This document shows, in pieces, positions 59,414 to 64,000 of a stretch of 64,000 bases of DNA. Under the pieces are notes generated by a model. It saw only the letters and a list, made by a program, of their open reading frames with translations, did no database searches and was not told where the DNA came from. The DNA comes from Anaeromyxobacteraceae bacterium (lineage in GTDB: Bacteria; Myxococcota; Myxococcia; Myxococcales; Anaeromyxobacteraceae), in NCBI GenBank assembly GCA_032654565.1, contig JAULAX010000009.1, positions 64,001 to 128,000 of the forward strand. The letters run 5' to 3'. Position 1 is the first letter of the stretch, and the number at the start of each line of letters is the position of its first letter. The position numbers were made by a program, and so were the translations under genes.

Positions 59414-61246
59414 CTACACCGAGAGGCGCGCCGAGTCGTGGCGCGTCAGGTATTCCATGATGGCGCGGGTGACCACGATGGAGGTGAACAGCGAGGCGAC
59501 CAGGCCGATGGTGAGGGTCACGGCGAAGCCGCGGACCGGGCCTGAGCCGTACTGCATGAGCACGAAGGCCGCGACCAGCGCGGTGACGTGCGAGTCGACG
59601 ATGGTCCAGAAGACCCGGTCGTAGCCCTGCTGGACCGACTGCTTGACGGTCCGGCCGGCGCGCATCTCCTCGCGGATGCGCTCGTTGATGAGCACGTTGG
59701 CGTCCACCGCCATGCCCAGGGTCAGCACGAAGCCGGCGATGCCCGGCAGCGTCAGGGTGGTGCCGATCATCGACATGATGGCCAGCACCAGCAGGCCGTT
59801 GAGCGTCAGGGCCACGTCGGCCACCAGGCCGGAGACCCGGTAGTAGAGGGCCATGAACACCAGCACCATCCCCAGGCCGACCAGCGCCGCCAGGGTGCCC
59901 TTCTTGACCAGCTCGGGCCCCAGGGTGGCGCCCACGGTCCGCTCCTCGAAGATGGTGACCGGGGCCGGCAGGGCGCCGGCCTTGAGGACCAGGGCGATGG
60001 CGTTGGCCTCCTCGAACTGCTCCTGGTAGCTGCGCCCGGAGCCGAGCGAGATCTGGCCGCTGGTGGAGATGTGCCCCTGGATGTAGGGCGCGGTCTCCAC
60101 CTTGTCGTCGAGCACGGTGGCCATGCGGCGGTGGAGGTTCTCGGTGGTGAGCTTCTCCATCAGCCGGGCGCCGTCCGGCGACATGGTGAAGCTGACCACC
60201 GGCTTGCCGCCGCCGGGCGAGCTGTTGTCGACCGAGGCCCGGGCGTCGGCGATGTAGTCGCCGGTCAGCTCGGTCTTGGAGCGGAGCAGGAAGGTCCGGT
60301 AGTAGGTCTGCCGGCCCATCTCCCGGTTCACCACCACCTCGCCGATGCCGACCGAGTTCTTGCCGGCCTCGAGGAGCGGGCCGAGCTTCCCGGCGATGAC
60401 CGCCTCCAGCTCGGTGCGCTTGGTGGCCACCACCAGGGTCGACTGGCGCTGGCCGCCGTTGGGCATGTCCAGGCTCTCCACCGTCCAGCAGCCCCCCTCG
60501 GGGAGCGGGAAGGTCAGGCCGTCGCGGGTGAAGGGGCAGGCGGTGAGCTGGGCCTGGACGGCGTCGAAGGCGGCGTTCTCGTCGTCGCAGATCTTGAACT
60601 CGAGCTGGGCGGTGCGGCCCAGCAGGTCCTTGGCCTTCTCCGGGTCCTTGAAGCCGGGGAGCTGGATCTGGATCTGGTTGTTGGCCTTGCGCTTGATGTC
60701 CGGCTCGCTGACGCCCCACTTGTCGACGCGGTTGCGGATGGTCTTCTCGGCCTGCTCGACGGCCTTGGACTTGAACTCGCGCAGCACCTGGTCCTTGAAG
60801 GCGAAGAGGACCTGGCCGGCGGGGGCGCCGCCCGGCGCGTAGATCTCGGCGTCGTAGAAGTCGAGCGTCACCTTCTCGGCGTCGGCCGGGGCGGTGGTGG
60901 TCACGGCGACCCGCAGCCCGGTGGCGTCCGGGGCCACGGCGGTGAACGGCACCGACTTCTCCTTGAGGTGGTCGGCGATCTCGTCGGCGCGCCGCGCCAC
61001 CTTGGCCTTGACCGCCCGGTCGACGTCGACGCCCAGGGCCAGGTGGATGCCGCCCTGCAGGTCGAGGCCGAGGTTGAGGTGCTTCCTCGCGTCGGGGGCC
61101 CAGCCGGGCACCGACCTGTCGTAGGCCTCGGTGTTCCGAACCTCCGGCGAGAGCTTGAAGTAGTGGAAGCTGGGCACCAGCTGCCAGAGCGACCAGACCG
61201 CCACCACCGCGATCAGCGCGACGCGGCTATACCAGGCGCGTTCCAT
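59414..61246 (-). CDS. secD: Protein translocase subunit SecD
   Basis: LGLDLQGG, GVSEP, GALPAP, TLPGIAG, GMAVDANVLINERIREE, GPVRGFA. Confidence 0.96.
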   Translation of the reverse strand: MERAWYSRVALIAVVAVWSLWQLVPSFHYFKLSPEVRNTEAYDRSVPGWAPDARKHLNLGLDLQGGIHLALGVDVDRAVKAKVARRADEIADHLKEKSVPFTAVAPDATGLRVAVTTTAPADAEKVTLDFYDAEIYAPGGAPAGQVLFAFKDQVLREFKSKAVEQAEKTIRNRVDKWGVSEPDIKRKANNQIQIQLPGFKDPEKAKDLLGRTAQLEFKICDDENAAFDAVQAQLTACPFTRDGLTFPLPEGGCWTVESLDMPNGGQRQSTLVVATKRTELEAVIAGKLGPLLEAGKNSVGIGEVVVNREMGRQTYYRTFLLRSKTELTGDYIADARASVDNSSPGGGKPVVSFTMSPDGARLMEKLTTENLHRRMATVLDDKVETAPYIQGHISTSGQISLGSGRSYQEQFEEANAIALVLKAGALPAPVTIFEERTVGATLGPELVKKGTLAALVGLGMVLVFMALYYRVSGLVADVALTLNGLLVLAIMSMIGTTLTLPGIAGFVLTLGMAVDANVLINERIREEMRAGRTVKQSVQQGYDRVFWTIVDSHVTALVAAFVLMQYGSGPVRGFAVTLTIGLVASLFTSIVVTRAIMEYLTRHDSARLSV

Positions 61247-61594
61247 CTACTTCTTCTCGGGCTTGGCGGGCGCGGCGACCGGCTTCTCCACCCAGGCGCC
61301 GATGACGTTGGCCTTGAGGACGCGCACCTTGGTGCCGGCGCCGACGTCGAGGGTCACGGTCCGATCCTCGACCTGGTAGACCGTCCCCAGCAGGCCGCCC
61401 TGGGTGACCACCTCGTCACCCCGCTTCAGCCCGGCCAGGAGCGCCTGGTGCTCCTTGGCCTGCTTCTGCTGCGGCCGGATCATCAGGAAGTAGAAGACCA
61501 GGCCCATGAGGCCGAGCGGGACCAGCATGCTGGTCAGGCTCTGGGTCTGCCCCTCGGCGGTCTGGGCGAGGAAGGCGTGGAGGACGGAAGGCAT
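61247..61594 (-). CDS. yajC: Preprotein translocase subunit YajC
   Basis: FYFLMIRPQQK, LKRGDEVVTQGGLLG. Confidence 0.95.
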   Translation of the reverse strand: MPSVLHAFLAQTAEGQTQSLTSMLVPLGLMGLVFYFLMIRPQQKQAKEHQALLAGLKRGDEVVTQGGLLGTVYQVEDRTVTLDVGAGTKVRVLKANVIGAWVEKPVAAPAKPEKK

Positions 61595-61668
61595 GGCTGC
61601 TCCGGGAGGTGTGTGAAAAGGCGCCGATTTCTAACAGCAATCTCTCGTCGAGGGCAACCGCTAATGGG

Positions 61669-64000
<2,332 letters not shown>

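Overview
This is a very GC-rich bacterial chromosome segment whose gene content suggests an Anaeromyxobacter-like member of Myxococcota (inference from the TIGR02266-like PilZ proteins, HDOD pair, DUF507, MoxR/DUF58 cluster and the queA-tgt-yajC-secDF-recJ string). About 59 CDS are supported. They include a split branched-chain-type ABC importer with an acyl-CoA ligase, yggS, fbaB, an AddAB/AdnAB-type helicase-nuclease pair, thiSGE, queD, a MoxR operon, an orphan SNF2 helicase, an HNH endonuclease gene, glpAB plus a mini Fe-S subunit, aspS, several signalling genes, recJ, secDF-yajC, tgt and part of queA. I found no rRNA, tRNA, CRISPR array or transposase. The most interesting signals are non-coding. 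(1) A YGTCAG-N10-(-10 box)-6/7 nt-start codon promoter sits in front of addB(A), recJ and the HNH gene and is absent from the other promoters checked. It matches the actinobacterial PafBC/RecA-NDp element and suggests a LexA-independent, WYL-type DNA-damage regulon. (2) A ~225-nt rod-like fold-back flanked by exact 15-bp direct repeats lies beside the HNH gene. (3) Leaderless-type TANNNT promoters recur across the window. (4) Sigma54 promoters precede several signalling genes. (5) The REC-cyclase carries Asn in place of a catalytic Asp. All family assignments come from motif recognition by eye, not from database searches.
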